From assembly GCF_009914755.1 (NCBI RefSeq), contig NC_060937.1: a DNA stretch of 64,000 nucleotides; one strand, written 5' to 3'. Position numbers and translations under genes: made by a program. Position 1 is the first letter of the stretch; every line of letters begins with the position of its first letter. Below, piece after piece: positions 58,811 through 64,000 of this stretch. The notes under the pieces are model-generated. The model was not told the DNA's origin. It was given only the letters and a program-made list of their open reading frames with translations, and searched no databases. The stretch comes from the human T2T-CHM13v2.0 reference genome, Homo sapiens.

Positions 58811-60373
58811 GAGCTGTGAGGGTTAGAAATAATCTTCTGTCTTATACATCCAGAAACAGTCAAGTACTGGAATAATTTAAGCCCCTTAAAATAAACATCA
58901 AAGACAACTATATTGTCTCTACTTAAAACAGTTGAATTATTGAAGTTGTAATAGCTACAACTTCAGTCAAATTATGAAAAGAAGATGGCATAGACACTAC
59001 AGAAGTGACAATATGGCTTTCTGATTATCTACTTGAATATATGCAACTCTATTTAGAGAATTTTTTAATCTCAAAAGCAGATTTTTGACGTAATGAGAAA
59101 AAGGGATGGGAAATATTTTTGCTCTGATCTAGAAGAAGACATGGGTATTTAATATTCTTAAATTTTAAAATTCAGGAGAAATATTGTCTCCTCACAGTTA
59201 AATTTGGTAGTCTACTTTCTTTTTTTTCATAAATTTCGGAGAAGCTTTACCCCAAACCTGCTAGAGAAAGAATTCTGTACCATCCAATACTCATGGGAGA
59301 AAATAGAAATTAGAATGAGGGAAATATTATCCATCTAAGAGATATCCTCTCTAGTTTAAATATCACTCTTTATTTCCTTCTTTCCAGATCCCCAGGGTAG
59401 AGCTCTGGATTGGGAATTGGTTTATCTAGGCTTAACGCAATTGCTTCTGCCTTTAGATATGCAAGTAGAGGGTAAAGAAAGCTATTAAGACCATTATGAC
59501 ACTAATAGCTTAGTAATCAAGTATTTCTTTACATTTTTCCAATGTAAGTATTGTACTAAAAATCCCGTTTCAAAGTGCCAAATAGGTTTGTATATAAAAA
59601 TGGTTCTGAAAAGAACAAAATAAACAGATACCAATGACCGGTCAATACTGTTTATAGTAAAGAGTCTTAATGTCAGGCTTCAGCTTTAGACAAGTTGTTA
59701 TATTTTAATTATTGATAGCTAATGTTCCATTCTTAGATATTCATTTAATTTTGAACTAGATTTAGCTTTTAAATGTGTAAACTGTATCTTCTTTTCTTTC
59801 TGCACAGTAAGTGGCAAGATAAAAAATCGACAAGACTTTGTTTAACCTCTTACCTCATTGTTCCTTTGCCATTTAATTTTATAATAAAAAAGACAAAATT
59901 ATTTAACTATAATTAATTATTTATTGATTCACTATGCTGCCTCTCTAAGATATAGAATAGGGTAAATAACTATAGACATAAATATTTTTTAATTTAATTA
60001 AAGACTATTATGAGCATCTATGAGCTAATAAATCTTAAAACTGAGATGAAATGGATGAATACTGAGAAAAATATTTAAAATGTCAAAATTGAGACTTACA
60101 AGGCTTATGGAAATTTAAATGGTAAAATCTTCCCATCCCCTCCTCAAAATTCAAGGCCCATATTACATTACACGTAAATTCTACCAAATTTTCAACAGAT
60201 AATGAATTCATTTTCTTATACAAATTGTTCCAGGAAACATGGAAAGCTATCCAGCTAATTTTATGAGGCTAGAATTCCAAAAACAGTGAAGGGGAGGAAA
60301 AAGAAATAAGGCTTATTTCATGTACGGCTATAAATATAAAAATTCTAAATGAATTCTTATCAATGTTATTAAA

Positions 60374-60427
60374 TGTGTGTGTATATGCCTGTGTGTGTGT
60401 GGGTGTGTGTGTGTGTGTGTGTGTGTG
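60374..60427. repeat. Interrupted (TG)n microsatellite
   Basis: Direct read. Confidence 0.93.
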
Positions 60428-61001
60428 AGAATTGCATCAGGACTAAGTAGAGTTTAACCCTTAAGATCAGGAAAAAGATAGGGATTTTCCACATCACCAC
60501 TGCTGTTTTACATAGTTCTTAAGGCTAAGAACAATTCTATAAGAAAACAAAAAGTTGTAGGTGTAACTACTAAGAGTGGCTACAAACACAATCAACTTCT
60601 AGAAATCAGTATCATTGTTCTACATCATTAATAACCAAGTATAAAATATAGTTTCAAAGTATTACAGTTGCATCAAAATTTATGAAGTATCTGGGAATAA
60701 ACTTAACCAAGAACACTAAGATAAAACTTTTATGGAGAAAATTTTATTTTTTAACTCTAATAAAGGACATAGAAAATGATCTGTATAAATCAAGATATTT
60801 GGGGACCTTGGATAGTAAAACCTAGTGTCAGTGTTCACAAATTAATGTATAAATTGATTGGCATTCCAATCAAATTCTTTTGATATATCTATGCACTTAA
60901 TGTAAAAGTTACAAAGAAGAATAAATGTTCCTGAATAGCCTAGTTTATCCTGAAAAAAAGAATAAATTCTAGCACATATTGAGATATGTAAGAAATAAGA
61001 T

Positions 61002-61199
61002 AATTAAGATAAGGTAATAATAGAAATGAAAAATATAGAAAGCTGGACACACATACGTTGACATGATAGGTACATAGAAGAGAGAGCAAAAGAATATAAA
61101 GATAAAATAAATTAAGATAATAATAGAAATGAAAAATATAGAAAGCTGGGCACACACATATCTAGACATGATAAATACATAGGAGAGAGAGCAAAAGAA
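61002..61199. repeat. Diverged tandem duplication, period about 103 bp
   Basis: taatagaaatgaaaaatatagaaagctgg..gacatgata..tacatag..gagagagcaaaagaa occurs at 61018 and 61121. Confidence 0.9.
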
Positions 61200-61644
61200 A
61201 AGGAGGAAGGAGACTGGGCTTCTATGTAGATTATGATATTATCTGTAAATAACGGCAGCTTTATGTCTTCGTTTCAAATATATATTTACACAGTAAAGAT
61301 AATACCATACATCTCTGAGAAAAGGAATTTTTGTTTAGTAGATGGTATTGGAAAAACTCACTCACTTTATAAACAAAAATAAGACTGGACCCATATCTAA
61401 TATCATATATGAATGAAAGTAGATGTAGATTAATTAAAGATCAAAATATGAAAAGTAAAACCATAAATATAAAGCTAAATGATACAAATATATTTATCTC
61501 TATAATTCAAGACAAAACCTCAAAGCATAAACATTTTTAAAACATGATTTGATGATCTCAAAATTAAGAAAATATATCCAACAAAGAACATGGATAAAGT
61601 TAATAGATATATGACATTTGGGAGAATGCATTTGCAGTGTTTCA

Positions 61645-61990
<346 letters not shown>

Positions 61991-64000
61991 TTAAATATAT
62001 AAATCAACAATATAAAGACAAGAACCTCCAGTGTTTAAATGGGTAAGGGATATGAACAGGAAATTTACAGAAGAGGAAACCCAAAAGACCAACAAGCATA
62101 TTAAAAAGATGTCAAATCTGTTAGTAATTTGAGGAATACAAATTAAAACAATGAGATATTATTTTGTATCTCTTATACTGGCCAAAATTAGAAACCTGGA
62201 TAATACTAACAGTTGATGGAGATAAGGACGTATAGAAACTGTCATGCATTGCTAGAGAGTGGGCACGGATGACTCACATTAAGTATGCACTCCCAGTTCT
62301 ACTCCAGATTATAAATCCCAAAGAAATTCTCAGAAAGATCCAAAAGGGGCATTTATCACAGGCTTGTGTCATGGGGATTAGAGGTAGCCTGGTGTTTGTT
62401 ACCAGGGGAGTTTTGTGCAGCCATGAGAAGCAATGGGCTAGTCACACAGTGACACAGGTAGATTTTTAAAATAATACTAAGTGAGAAAAGTAAGGAACAA
62501 AATGAAATTTTTAACCCTATATATTTTTATAGTTCAAAAGTATATCCACAAAAGAATGAGTAATATTTTATAAGGGCACATGCAAACAAAAGGAGAAACA
62601 TTAAATACATTATAGTTATTGCCCATGGTGGTGGAAGGAAATGAAAATAGGAGATGGAGATAAAAGAGAAAAAACACATTTTAAAAGCTCAAATTATTGA
62701 AAAGTCATCATTCCCACTACCACTCATGATTCCATTAGGTATTTTATTCAATAATGGTTTTACTCTAATAGAGATAATAGTAAATTTCATCAAACCTTTC
62801 TTTAGTGGTATCTATAAGATATATTTGTAATGAATGCGCTTAGCTGATCATGTTGGTAAAATCTTCCTTTAAATTATTTATCTGATTCCATAACTAAATT
62901 GAATTCCTGTGAATAGACTTGAGCAGTAGTTACTCAATAATGAACCTCTATTTACTCATTTTTTAAATCCCTTCATTTATTGCATCAGACACTGAAAATA
63001 TTACTAAATAATTAGACTGACATTTTTTCTTAATTGAATAGTTATAGAGAATTGACAAAATCATTTATACAAATTGACCAAACTAATATAGACATAATAC
63101 AGAATTTTAACCATCTCTTCTTTCAGACTCATTTCCTGTGTTCTACTCTGAACTGTTATTTCAAGATCGATGAGATAGACAATATAGAAATTCTGTTTGC
63201 CTTTAGTATGGAAACTGTTCTTTCATAAAATGTCATTGTTTACATTGCTGAATGAGAAACATCCACACTAATTGGTGTAGATGAAATACAAAAAATTTTG
63301 AAAGGAGTAAATCAGGAAAGGGATTGAAGGGAATAAATTACTAGTTAAATGTGATCACAGGAAAAGTTGAAAAGTATTATTTATAATATTTTATATACTT
63401 AAAAAATGAAAAGCAGTTTTTGGCAATCTTAATTCAAGAAATCATTTATTCATTAAGTGAATTCCAAATTGGTTTCAACACCATGGAAATCACAGAGAAT
63501 GACTTTGTTCACATATTTAGTGACCGCCGTAATTTAGAAAATTGTCTTACATGGCTCTGCAATAGCTGAAATTTACAAAGCTAGATGTACAGCTCTTTTC
63601 CATGTTGTTGAAATCAGTGTCCTCTTTAAATCACTAGGAAGTTGATGATAAATGACTGCAGTAAGTGAGAGGCGTAGTGAGCCATGCACCATCACTACTT
63701 ATTTCACGGACCTGAGCAAGACTCCCTACCTACCTGTCAAGACACCTCTAGGAAGCTTCTGATGGCTTCTTAGGAAATAAAAAGGCCTTTTTTTTTTCTT
63801 TTTTCTGTTTATGGAAACTTAGTATGGGCCTTGACTCTCAGTAATTTATATTTCTTTCCCATTAGCTAGCAAACATCCAAAATTGCCCAGTGATTCCCAA
63901 ACTGTGTAATAGCTGAGTTAATTCATAGTGGAAGAAAGATATTCCCTTCTAGTCATCTCAGAGGTAAGCTGGAGGACTTCAGGCAGGAAAATAAATGTAT

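Overview
AT-rich primate, most likely human, genomic DNA lying inside the neurobeachin gene (NBEA) on the + strand. Four GT-AG coding exons (3252-3364, 20239-20379, 29683-29802, 42773-42925) splice in frame to give part of the BEACH domain. The residues match NBEA rather than its paralog LRBA, judged from recalled sequence. Everything else is intron, filled with Alu, L1, L2, MIR, LTR and DNA-transposon copies. Almost all ORFs in the supplied track are repeat-derived or chance. There are no rRNA, tRNA, CRISPR or prokaryotic features, and I found no convincing new multi-gene system. The best leads are five. (1) A candidate alternative exon at 29213-29336 that contains a perfect 3x24-bp repeat, starts at an AG|GT recursive-splice-like site and has an ATG in frame with the next BEACH exon. 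(2) An unexplained ~100-bp hairpin at 55392-55493. (3) A 5'-inverted young L1 with intact target-site duplications (TSDs). (4) A 44-bp local templated copy. (5) Antisense Alus with strong cryptic splice sites just downstream of coding exons. Subfamily names and boundaries of old repeats come from recalled consensus sequences and are approximate.
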